Source: Cirrosporium novae-zelandiae | Taxonomy: Eukaryota | Assembly (NCBI GenBank): GCA_026023565.1 | Contig: JAPETS010000001.1 | Span: 1,240,001 to 1,304,000 of the forward strand | Direction of reading: 5' to 3' | Length of the DNA: 64,000 bases | Part shown: piece by piece, positions 14,097 to 25,631 of the stretch | Layout: every line of letters starts with the position of its first letter | How positions within the stretch are numbered: the stretch's first letter is position 1 | Translations under genes and position numbers: made by a program | Notes under the pieces: generated by a model | The model's database searches: none | Seen by the model: the letters and a program-made list of their open reading frames with translations, nothing else | Told to the model about the DNA's origin: nothing

Positions 14097-15090
14097 ATGG
14101 CTTCCACTGAGGCCGTCCCCACCTTCAAGCTCAACACAGGGGCCTCCATCCCCGCTATTGGCCTGGGTATGTTAATTCTTGTATTGTACTCTTAACACCT
14201 ACTGACTTTCACTAGGAACATGGCAATCCGACCCGGGCGAGGTCACCAAAGCAGTCGAATGCGCCCTTGACGCCGGCTACAAACATATCGATTGTGCCTT
14301 CTGCTACCAAAACGAGGACGAAGTAGGCGAAGGCCTAAAAACTTTTTTTTCCAAACAGGATAAAGTCAAGCGCGAAGACGTTTTTATAACCTCAAAAATA
14401 TGGTGTACCTACCACAGCCGCGTGAACGAGGCCGTCGACCTCTCCCTCAAAGCCCTCGGTGTCGACTATTTAGACCTCTACCTCATGCACTGGCCTTGCC
14501 CCATGAACCCCAAGGGCTCCCATCCCCTATTCCCCAAACACCCCGACGGCAGCCGCGACCTCGACTCCTCCTGGACATGGCAACAAACATACAAAGACAT
14601 GGAAAAGCTGCTAGCAACAGGAAAAGTAAAAGCAATTGGCGTAGCCAACTTCTCCAAACCCTATCTCGAAGAGCTCCTCAAAGTCTGCACCGTTACCCCG
14701 GCCGTCAACCAAATAGAAAACCACCCCTACCTCCCCCAACAAGAAATTGTTGATTACTGCCATGAGAACGGAATCCACGTCACATCGTACTCGCCCTTAG
14801 GAAGTACCGGCGCGCCTCTAATGAAAGACGAAGCCGTCATATCCATTGCCAAGAAACATAATGTCCATCCCGTCACCGTCTTACTGAGCTGGCACTTTGC
14901 AAGAGGAAACTCAGTGCTCTCGAAATCAACGAATCCGGTCATCATCGCTAGTAACTTAAAGTTGGTGACATTAGACAAGGAAGAGGTGGATGAGCTACAG
15001 CAGCTGCATGTAAAAAAGGGGCTGAAGAGATTCGTATTTCCACCTTTCGGGCCGGACTTTGGGTTTCCCGATACGAAGAAGACGAGCTGA
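14097..15090 (+). CDS. NADPH-dependent aldo-keto reductase, GAR1 (uronate reductase)-like; exons 14097-14166, 14216-15090
   Basis: FKLNTGASIPAIGLGTWQS, HIDCAFCY, LYLMHWP, IGVANF, NQIENHPYLPQ and YSPLGS motifs. The C-terminus RFVFPPFGPDFGFPD resembles Trichoderma GAR1 as I recall it. Confidence 0.9.
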
Positions 15091-15556
15091 AATGCTGGAT
15101 GTGCATGACGACCATGATTTAAGAAACATGTAATTTCATATAGATAGTTTATTAGACGTGAAAAAAGAAACTATTCATTAAACTTGGGTGAAGCTCGACA
15201 CACAAATACTTTGGAATTTTTAGTCTTGGCGAATTGCAGCTCTCTTGGAATATGTGTTACTCTGGTCGGGCTCTCTTAAATCCGTCTTACGTTGCAATTT
15301 ATCATAACTAGCTACAGGCCCTGTACAATCTATCAGATATCTACTGCAACGTCTCACTTATTTCCCCAAGCCAATCGCTTCCATAGTATTCTCATATGAC
15401 GCAATCTCACACCCCCATTCCGATCAAAATGTCACTTTTTTTAATTCAGATTGATATTGTTTTATATCTGTTCGACCTTGATGGAACATCCCTATCTAAA
15501 CGCCAATAAAGAAAATGTCTTTTATACTCCATGAGTTTATTTGCATCCCGCCCAAC

Positions 15557-17883
15557 CTACCCCCAAACATCCTCCTGCCACCTCCCCTGCCTTTTCGATT
15601 TCTCCATCCGAGTCCTCAACTCTCCGTCCTCCCATCCATTCTTCCCTTTCACCACCTCTCCCACTCTACTAGCCACATCCATGGCCATACTCGCGCTCCC
15701 ACAGATATAGAAATTAGCCCCTCGCTCACAAAACAACTCTGCAACCTCATTGCCTCTTTCTCTAACCCGATCCTGTACATATACCTTTGGCTGTCCCTCT
15801 TCCCTTGAAAACGCGGTCACGATCTCGAAGCATTGCGGCCCAAGAATCCTCACTGCTTCTTCTAGTTCTTCCTTGTACAGGAAATCTTCAGCTGGATTTC
15901 GGCACCCAAAGAAGAGGAGTGTGTGGCCGACGTCTCGACCCATAGTCTTGAGGCGAGCACGCTCCAGGACGAAGGCTCGGAAGGGAGCGATTCCTGTTCC
16001 GGCGGCGACCATAACTATGGGATGGGATGCGAGAGTCGGGAGTTTGAATTTGGATTTTCGGAGCTGGGCGAAGAGGGTGGGGGTGGTGATAGAATAGGTT
16101 AAGTTGTATGGGTGAGGTGTTGGCGGAGATGTTTGGCTATGGGAAAGGGCGAGTAAGTAGTTTGTTGTGAGGCCGAATATGCGGTTTGTTGATGCTGAGG
16201 TTGGAGGTGAGGGTGGGATTTCTGACTTCGCGGGGAGAGGGATGCTGGAGACGACGGCGGTGATGGCTGCGACGCGGGGCTGGGTGGCTGAGGACGAGGA
16301 AATGGAATAGAGCCTTGGTTGAAGGCGTGGAATAATCTCGAGGACAAAGGACAAAGGGAGGTTGGACCAGAGGGTTGTGTCATTACCAATTGCCAATTCG
16401 AGGAGACGACCAAAATTTAGGTGAGTATTTGTGAGGAAAGAAGCGTAAGCATTTTTTGATTTACCAAGATTAGAGAGGAAGGCTTTGGCTTCTGCAGTAG
16501 GAGCAAATTGGACCAAAGAAACGATTGTATCGCGGGGTACGGGTGCGCAAATTTCTAGATAGTACCGAAGGAGGGCATTGATTGATGTCGGAGAGGGTAG
16601 GTTTACTGTAGAAGTAGAATCAAGCAGGTTGATATGTATTGGGATGTCTTTCCGATCCGATAATCCTAAAACACGCAAAAGACGAGTGACTTCAACGTCG
16701 GGGTTAACAGGCCAGACAGCGATGTGATCTCCTGTCTTATATCTGATCTCTGGATGAGCTGACAAATTGATCTCCATGTGGATACAATTGCGGTCTGAAT
16801 TAGTAAAAAGCTCTCGGCAATCTTGAACCGGTAATGATTGGATTGAAGAGACTGGTAATCGTGTCTTGAGGTTCTGTTGCACTGGTTCTCCCTGATGCAG
16901 GTCGGCAGGAGTCATGGATTCATCTTCGACTACTACAACTGTAGGTTGGTACTTGGGTTCATGCTCCGACAAACTAAACCTTTCCCTGAAGGCTGTGAAA
17001 AGATTTTCCTTCCATTCCATGAAATCCTCCTGGGTTGTGCCATTTGAATCATCTGCTCGTCCTGTTGGAAGGAATGCCTTGGCTCCACGTTTGTCAAGAT
17101 TTTCTGTCACAACATCGATCACATGGTTATAAAATTTATAATTTTTGTTCCCTAAGCCAAACGCAGCGTATTTCACATTGTCGAGTTTCGCTGGTGTGTT
17201 TGCGACCCACTCCCAGAATTGAGCGGCGTTATCACTTGGGTCACCTTCACCGTAGGTGCTTACGATAAATATGACTTTCCTATCTCCAGAGATTGTGGGA
17301 ATGGTCTCGGCATCATAATCGGATAGATCGGCGGATAATACATCAAGGCCAAATCTGAGATGTATTTCTCGTGCTAGTCTGTTGGCAAAGCCTTCCGCAG
17401 TTCCTGATTGTGAACCCCAGAAGATAACAATCTCCTTACCCTGTTATTCGAGAAACTGTTAGCCTGAGTATATCAAATACCCAAGAACGAGGTGTAAAGG
17501 GAACTGAGATCATGAGGGAAGCTCGTTTGGATACCTCGATAGTGGTATGTGAAGATGCTGCAAATGGGGAGAGAATTCCATGATGGTTTTCAGGCACTAT
17601 ATCATAGCTAGAATATTTTGGTGCTTACATTATCTTCGAGCATATGTGCAATATTCCGTGTCTCTTTCCGTGCAGCTTTCTTGACCGCTAACTTTTCCTG
17701 CGGTCTTTCGTACCATACATAATTATAGGGATCTGGTTTCCCCCATAGGACGCCCTTAAGGAGGTATCCTGTCACAGCTAAGATACTAACTCCAAGCGCA
17801 GCAATATCATCGATTGGAAAACACTGAGATAATCCCGCAATATCTTGCAAGGATGTTGCGGGTGTAAGGATAGAAGAAGACAT
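15557..17883 (-). CDS. NADPH-cytochrome P450 reductase, probably the secondary (CPR2/cprB-type) paralogue; exons 17883-17629, 17440-15557
   Basis: N-terminal membrane anchor, FMN loop FWGSQSGTAE, STYGEGDP, FGLGN, FAD motif RLYSISSS, AGTGIAPFR, FFGCR, YICG and terminal WQEDVWG. Confidence 0.93.
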
Positions 17884-18545
17884 TATGATGGAAATTACAA
17901 ATATTCAGGACTAAGAGCAAAGCAAAGATAACTAGACGTATATCGGCGGGAAAGGACTAATATAGGTTTTTAAAATCTATATACTCACCTCTATCTGTAC
18001 TTGTAGGAATTGAAGTACCTCAATGGGAATACTAGTGATGGACATGAAGGAGCAATGCAATTCAAGGTTAGCCAAGTAACGACATAACCTGGACGACGGT
18101 AGAAAATCAGCGGGAAAGACATGGTAGAAGTTATTTGGTACTTTGACCAATATTCCCATATGTTTAGGATGTCGAATCGTAGAATATCTCCCTTTTGAGA
18201 TGGACAACTACTCAAGTAAAGTAATGTGTGAATGATATGATAGTGGAGTTTTGAGTGTCGAAGGTGGTGGGTAATACTCGCTAAGATCTTGCCTCCCTTA
18301 TTTTTCAGGTATCTTTCCTTGCCTTTTTCGTCTATTGTGGAAATCCTTCCATATTCGCTATTTGGAGCATCTCTCGCCTTCATCAGCCCCACACCTTCTT
18401 TTCTAGAGTTTAGGGAATAGGTTTACCCCGGGATACTATCAAGATATTACAATAAATCTACATGCAATTGCATTGGGATAGTAATTACTTTGCGGTTGAG
18501 AAAGATAAATTCTCTGGACTGCTCGTCTTTCATTTCTGCTTATTC

Positions 18546-19640
18546 TACCACCATGGAACCAAGTGCGGCGACGATACCTTTTGGATTCCTTTAATTGAAT
18601 CTCACTTTCATTTTGCTGACGTTCTTGATATAATACACACCCCCAACCAAATCACAATAAAAGGCCCCAGACAGGATTATTCGGTTTATAAAAGAGCCGA
18701 TAAATATTGCACAGACCCCCCCTCCCTTAACGAAATACGGACCCCTAGCTCGGTGGATTTCGGCTCCGATTATCGAAGCTGGGCAGACTGCTTCACTTTG
18801 GCGGTGATTACGGATATTTGCCTGAGATGGTTTGCTTCTTGGATGCTGGTGATGATAAAAAGCAACTGAAGAAATGGATGGGTCTCTTGATGGAGTCCAC
18901 TACTGTCAGCGTCTACAGACAACCGCCAAGGTTCAGTCAAGACTTGTTTTATCTGAGCGGTATCCCACTTTTCGAGATACCCAAGTTAATTTCTATCATG
19001 AAAGAAATATGTGAGAACTTAATAAAGGGCAGGATAACATCGTAATGGATGATGTCAGACAACTCTTGCAGCGATACAATGATGAAAGTTGGATAATTTC
19101 TTTAGCGCTGTAATGGAAGATATGAGTATTGTAAGTATTCATTATCTAAAAAGTCATCTGAATCTTGTGTTAACTTTTGTTAAGTGAATGCTGGTTCTGG
19201 CATAATTGTAATTGCTACGGACAGTACTATGCAGTTGTTCCTGGGCTACCCAGACTAACTAGCTAAATTGCAGAAAGTAGTCGATCCTATTCTTAATCCG
19301 TCGTTATTCCTTAGATCTCTATCAAGTATTCTTCCTACCTTCGTTCCTATTTGGGCAAAGCCTTGGGATTATTTCCCCCGCCTACATTTGGTCTTCCTCG
19401 TGACACTCTCTAGAATGTGGCACTATTATAATATAATTTATCTCAGAGCACACCCAGATTATTATTTTCACAGATGCTATTCACAGGGACCCCTCAAGGC
19501 TCTTAGACGCGAAGGAATACCGGTCTAAGTGATGGATGGAGACGCTGGTAAACAGTTACAGCCCTACTCCATCACCTTTGGTGCTAGTTTAAAGGCTGCA
19601 TTGCCAGAAGCACTACAGAGTAGCCGAAATGTTGGATACA
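18546..19640 (+). pseudogene. Decayed cytochrome P450 (CYP630/benzoate-monooxygenase-like), divergent from the CPR
   Basis: Collinear fragments across frameshifts and stops: YHHGTKC..ESHFHFADVLD, DYRSWADCFTLAVITDICL, FLDAGDD, KLDNFFSAVMED, I-helix NAGSGIIVIA, YLRSYLGKALGLFPPPTFGLPRDT (ExxR lost), AIHRDP..EYRSK*W, GKQLQPYSITFGAS/GCIARS (heme Cys at 19597). Confidence 0.8.
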
Positions 19641-20532
19641 AAATTATTTACTTGTCAGGCGAATTATGAAGGAACGCTAAAGTGGAATGTATGTGATTTG
19701 ATATCTCCATGCTTGTGTTACAAAAGGTTTATTGTTTCTAGCTATCTATATTATTATTATGATTATGATTATTATGCGTCCCTTCGTCCAAAGAAAAGGG
19801 GGGGATAATGATGGGTGTATTTAAGACTGTTGAGATGGTCTTGGAAGATTTAGAATCCTTTAGCTGAAATTTTTGAATTACGCGATATTTGATTTATGAT
19901 TGATATTAATGGTTGAAACTGGCTTCAATTTCAAACAAGAAAACTTCCCCAGATTCCCGATTCCCGATTCCCGATTCCTGATTCCTGACTCCTGATTTAC
20001 GTACGGCAATTGACCCATTGAGAGAGCCAATCATGAATGGAAGATTACTCTTAGCTCGGCAACTGATCAATAGCCGTCAAAACCCGTCATGGGAAATGAT
20101 GCATAGCTTACTTTGATCATCCACCTTCACTTGTCCATCTGGATCGAATCATTCCCTCAATGAAAAGGCAGTGGATGAATCCATCCAATCCCCCCACGTT
20201 GTTTATGTTTATCTTAATCAAAATATCAAACTCTTAAGATGGCAACTGGCTTGGCTTTCCTCAACCCCGCCTTCTCCCCCAGTTTTACCAACTCCGCACA
20301 CCACCCCAGTGGACGTGACTAGCGCAGACTTTCCTTCCCCGCCTTGTTGAGTAAGAAATATCCCTCTTCTCCTGCTTCTTGATTTCTTCAATGTTTCCTC
20401 TTCCGCTGTTGACAGCAAATCCGCGACAATCAGCCAACCTTTTTACCCTACCACAGTACTGCCCGCATCATAAATCCTCCAAATCCCTGCGTCGGGCAAT
20501 ATTGCCCCTTTATCCGAGAAGTTTATCTAAAA

Positions 20533-23114
20533 ATGTCAACTGCAGCCTCAAAGCCACGAAATATGACTGGGTGGTGAGCTTTGTCTTTCCCTTGCAGTCT
20601 TGTTCCTCGGTACTATTAGGACTTTGATTGTCTTCCTTTTTTCTTCATCCGAAGCTGTGTCCAGTGGCGGAGTGGCAGGTTGAAATTTACTTTAAGGTTT
20701 ACTGATGTATTTTTCTTTACATGAATACGCTAACTATACATGATTTAGTCAGAGTTGTCGGTGAGAATCCAATGGTCCAAAGGGATAAACCCCCGTTTGC
20801 TGATTGGAAGACGTTGCCAGAGTTCGGCATCTGAAATGTGAGTACCTAAACCCTAAACCCCCAATCAATAGCCGACTTTTATCCTTTATCCCGCCTAGCT
20901 CTTCCTTCAGGTGGGACTGATAGAAATCTTCATATGCTTCAGGTGATTACGACAATCCAGTATGCCAAAGATGTGCTCAAAGTGGCAACGAGTGTGTTCG
21001 GGGCTACAATGTTCGTTTTCGTTATTCGTTAAAAGCTAGGTATGCTACAGTGTTTCCTATTTTATGTTAGCCTGGAAGGATTGTTTGTCTGCGGTTGTTT
21101 ATGGGCCGAACCTGGCCTATCTAAACATTATTATCCTGTTAGCTATCATCCTTGAGTGAGAAAGAAGAACCTAAGTGGTCTTTATAATGCCGTCTCAATA
21201 TTTAGACTACATTGTTTCGTTCTTATTTCTTAATATGCGTCCCTGACTTGCTGATCTCCCTTTAGTAAGGATGCTGGTCTAGCTACTAGTCGGGATTTTT
21301 CGTACTCGGACGACCAGACGTGGGTCAAGACTCCTGCTGAGCGTGAGTGGGGATTAGACCCATGGTTTCTTTATCGGCCTTTGGTAAGCTAATAATATCA
21401 TGGCAGTGAGATATCACGATGAAACACCAGACCTAGTTGAAATTTACGAACAAGAGTCGCCGGATCCTCCCAAAGAAACCCCCTCGCTACCCGTTGTCAG
21501 CCCGAAAGCGGTTATCCCATCGCCCGCCTCTATACAGCCAAAACGTCAGAGAACTCTCGATGCCAACTCTCCGATATCGACCATCAGTTCTATGTCAAAA
21601 CCTCACGATGATACATCTACTATTTCAAAATCTTCCCCAGCATCATCATCATATCACAAACCCTCATTCTTAGGCTCGGCTACCAGTCTAGGGATATTAT
21701 CCAATCAACCGGAAGATTACCCCAGCAGCAATTATGATACGTTGGATCTCGATTTACGGGATCGGGATGATTTTGAGACGACACTAACGAAACCGTACGT
21801 TAAATAGTTTTTTTTCCCTTGCAGCCTTGATCCAAGGTTGGCGGCTAAGTATCTACAGTTATTCTGCTCCTTCCGATTCCCTCTCACCTACCTTCTTAGA
21901 ACATTGCATATGGCCTTTAACGGATGTGCGGGAAGCACAATTGATGCGATACTATATAGATCATATAAGCATCTGGGTAGGATTTGAAGTTCTGGATATC
22001 CCGAAAAATCGATTCAAGTCTGACTAGTAGTCAGTTTGATCTCTGTGATGCAGAGCGACATTTCGCTTTAGTAATACCTCAACGAGCAGCGTATTGTCCT
22101 ACCCTCCTAAATGCAATATTTGCCTTCTCGGCACGACATCTAAACCAAACCCGAGATTACGACCCCTATGCCGCCGATCGCTATTATGAAAAATGCCTAA
22201 ATCATCTCCAAAAGATGTTCTACGACCCCGCAGCAATCATGGACGAGAATCTTCTCGCAGCAACAATTATCCTGCGCACCATGGAAGAGGTTGACGTTGC
22301 TATTCTAGGTGCTGACAACCTAACCCACCTCATTGGCACCAAAGCCCTCATAACCGCCCAAGAACGCTCAAATTTGACAGGCCTTCTCTTTGAAAAGCTT
22401 TTCTTTGTCGCTCTCCGCCAGGAAGTCAACGTGGCCTTCGTCCAACAGCGTGCCATTGACCTGCCACTCACATCCCCATTTCTCGACCGCAGCCTCCTCC
22501 CCACAGATGATTGCTCATGGGCCAACCGCATGGTTGTGCACTGCTCTGATGCATTAAACTACTGCTTTGGTTCTGAGAGTCACCATAGCACCGCGCGTTG
22601 GGAAGAATTGCAGAGTTATCAAGAACGATGTCTGCGATCCATCCCCTCGTCCTTTGAGCCCATCTACTTTAGCCCTACCAATGAAGAGAAGCCCTTCCCA
22701 GAGATCTGGCTACAGCACCCATGGCATACGACAGGATTACAGCACCACCTTCTCGCCAAGATTCTTCTTACTGTCTATAACCCCAAGCTCCCACGCCTAG
22801 GTCCCAGTCAACGATCGGCACAGCTAAAAATCGATGAAGATGTCAAACAGGATATTCGCACACTGTGCGGTATGGCACTCTCAAACCAGGACACCCCACC
22901 GAATATGATCTCCGCGTTCATGGGTATTTCCGTCTGTGGAGACAAATTCACAAAGTTAAGAGACCAAGAGGCTCTACTAGATGTGTTAGTTCGGACGGAG
23001 AAACGACATGGGTGGCCCACAGGTCAGACCCAGGGGCAGTTGAAGGAGGCATGGGGCTGGGAAAGTCGCGTGGAGGTGGCTGTCCGGGGAATGATGCATG
23101 ACGTGAATATTTGA
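20533..23114 (+). CDS. Zn(II)2Cys6 transcription factor (ARCA-like, fungal-specific TF domain); exons 20533-20573, 20749-20760, 20821-20837, 20943-21039, 21266-21342, 21407-21794, 21859-21976, 22035-23114
   Basis: Splicing rebuilds CQSCRVRHLKCDYDNPVCQRCAQSGNEC (CX2CX6CX6CX2CX6C). C-terminal domain WFDLCDAERHFALVIP...LLAATIILR..EE. Confidence 0.85.
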
Positions 23115-23517
23115 CTTGAATGTGTATTATTACTAGGCTTTTATGGGATTACATATAGGTATTGCGCATGGTTTAGATACCTCTGGTCTAAGGGGAGACT
23201 TGCGTCTTTAGTTTGACCTCTAGGATTTCATGTGGAAAAGGGATATGGACCACTTATGCATCGGTGAGTGTAGATGATGACCATCATGATATAACTGATT
23301 CGGGGGCTCTGGATAGGAAAATAATTGTATTTATATATCTATTCGAGTAAATAGATAGGGACACAAAAACCCAAAAGGCTTCATCATAGGATTTTCCACT
23401 ATCTTGGGTCTGTATAATTCTTGGCATGTAATTTTCCGGAACATCAATATATCCCTGCTGGAAACCAAAAACTATGTCTGACTCTGCCTACGTTAATGGA
23501 ATAATTCGTTTATCCTA

Positions 23518-23933
23518 CTTTCGACGGGTAGAAATGAAAGCGACCAGACCCCCTCAATCAAAACCAATTCTCAATAATAATTCAATTGAAGACCTCTGGT
23601 GTGGATTGCCGGGCAAAGTGCCCTTTCCTGTTCATTGTCCGTCGTTTCCCTGAGCACTTATTGTACCAAACCGTTTATGGTTAGGTTGTTTGCCCGATTT
23701 GCTCATTGCACGTACAAATATACACCCCACCAAACGGGCTTTAGTCACTTAAGAAATACAACAACCTTGCACACTTTGCACCCCTGACCCACCTTGCTTA
23801 TCAGCCTCCCCAAAGCCCTAAGAATAAATTAATTATAAATATACAAAAATTGATTTTGTTTGAGGGCCTCCCTAAGGTCACTATTCTAGTTCTATTTTTG
23901 GGTCTAGTCGCTTTTATTTCTACCCGTCGAAAG
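23518..23933. mobile_element. Non-autonomous Tc1/mariner-type MITE (416 bp), TA target-site duplication
   Basis: 34-bp TIRs CTTTCGACGGGTAGAAATRAAAGCGACYAGACCC with 2 mismatches, TA at 23516-17 and 23934-35, an additional subterminal inverted repeat, and no transposase ORF. Confidence 0.85.
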
Positions 23934-24122
23934 TAACAATTAAGCTTAATTTTGGGCCAACCTCCAGCTCCATTCCTCATATCGCCACAATTTTAGTATC
24001 TACCTTCTCACACTTCACGCCTTCGTCCACCCAAGAAATCTATACCCTTCTTACGCCTTCATTTTGACATCCAAATTTGCGTCATCACTACCACTCCTTT
24101 CTAACTCATCAATACCGTCATC

Positions 24123-25124
24123 ATGCCTCGCGCCGAAGCGGGTTCAACCAAGGCTATTGCCAATAAAATGAAGAGTAAAGGCTTACAGCGTCTTCGTTGG
24201 TATTGTCAAATTTGCGAACGACAAATGCGTGATGAAAATGGCTTCAAATGCCACGTGCAGTCTGAGAGTCATGTACGGAAAATATCGGTAGTAGGAGAGA
24301 ACTCCCAAAAGTACCTCGCGGATTACTCGCGCCAGTTTCAAAATGCATTTCTCCTTCAACTGCACACCGCCCACGGCGAGAAGAGAGTTCAAATAAACCA
24401 CTTCTATCAAGAGTATATTGCAGATAAAGAGCATATCCATATGAATGCCACTAATTGGAGCTCCTTGACCCAATTTGCACAACACCTAGGCAGGGAAGGG
24501 ATTTGCAAGGTCGATGAAGATGAGAAGGGAGTTTGGATTAGTTGGATTGATCGCAGTCCCGAGGCCCTTCGACGACAAGAAGCAATACGAAAGAAAGAAA
24601 TGCTAGAGCGTGCAGATGAGGAGAGAGAACGAGAAGCATTGAAGCGCATGATTCAGAAGGCCAACGAACAAGCACGCAAAGAAGGGAGAGATACTGAAGA
24701 AGATAAAAAGGTCATGGAGGAGAAAAGACAGTTGAAAAGAGAGGATGGCGACAAAATTAAGTTATCATTTGCCGCTTCCAAAACGTCTACCTCGCCTTCC
24801 CTTTCCAATGGAGATTCTGAAGCTCAAATCCTCTCAAATGAGCCATCTACATCTATTGAATCGACCTCCATAAAGCCCACAATTAAAGACCCGCTGCCAT
24901 CAACTACCGCTTCTAAGCCCTCCCTTTTCATCAAACCTAAGAATGTTTTCGCTAGCGCTAGCAAAAAGAAGAGTCCTCTCTTTGGTGGTGTGAAGAAATC
25001 TTACGCAGAAGCTCCTAAGCGGCCTATGAGCGAAGCTGAAAGAATTATGAAAGAAGAGATGGAAAGGAAGAGACGCCGGGACCAGGGTGAAAGTGGAGGT
25101 ACAAAACGGATCAGAGTTGCCTAA
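24123..25124 (+). CDS. RTS2: KIN17/Rts2 zinc-finger DNA/RNA-binding protein
   Basis: KSKGLQRLRWYCQICERQMRDENGFKCHVQSESH and HIHMNATNWSSLT; single exon. Confidence 0.93.
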   Translation: MPRAEAGSTKAIANKMKSKGLQRLRWYCQICERQMRDENGFKCHVQSESHVRKISVVGENSQKYLADYSRQFQNAFLLQLHTAHGEKRVQINHFYQEYIADKEHIHMNATNWSSLTQFAQHLGREGICKVDEDEKGVWISWIDRSPEALRRQEAIRKKEMLERADEEREREALKRMIQKANEQARKEGRDTEEDKKVMEEKRQLKREDGDKIKLSFAASKTSTSPSLSNGDSEAQILSNEPSTSIESTSIKPTIKDPLPSTTASKPSLFIKPKNVFASASKKKSPLFGGVKKSYAEAPKRPMSEAERIMKEEMERKRRRDQGESGGTKRIRVA

Positions 25125-25132
25125 AGGCAGGC

Positions 25133-25174
25133 GGTATGAAGGCAACTGGTATGAAGGCAACTGGTATGAAGGCA
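25133..25174. repeat. Short tandem repeat GGTATGAAGGCAACT x~3 just after the KIN17 stop
   Basis: Directly visible. Confidence 0.8.
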
Positions 25175-25631
25175 GCCGATATGAAAATCTCGACTAGTAG
25201 GGAGGCACGTGGGAGGTTATGACCATGAGCACTGGGTGGCGTTGGCGGGGGCAAGTAGGTCATTGTCTGGGATGCATCAATTTGGCGTTGCTGGGAATAG
25301 TAGATACTCTATTTGGGTCTACAGCATTTGTGATATCCAATATAATTATCAAAAAACAATAAATATAATGACTAGCAGAATCTATACCTACGACGTGCCT
25401 CCTTAGGTACCTAGACACAGGCATTTTGCCTTACTAGTTAGGTATCTAATGATATCAATTAAATAAAGCTTGGCAGTTTTGCAAAATTTGCACACTGGTT
25501 GAGAAAGAACACCTTGCGATTTGACGGCATTTTTCTTCCTAGCTAGAATGACTTTTTCAACCATAATCTTCTAGAAATATTTAATGGGAAATCTTTGATC
25601 AAACATAGTTAAATCATCAAAGGACATCACA

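Noticed and set aside
20846..20862. CCTAAACCCTAAACCC telomere-like repeat
   Set aside because: Only two units, inside an intron.
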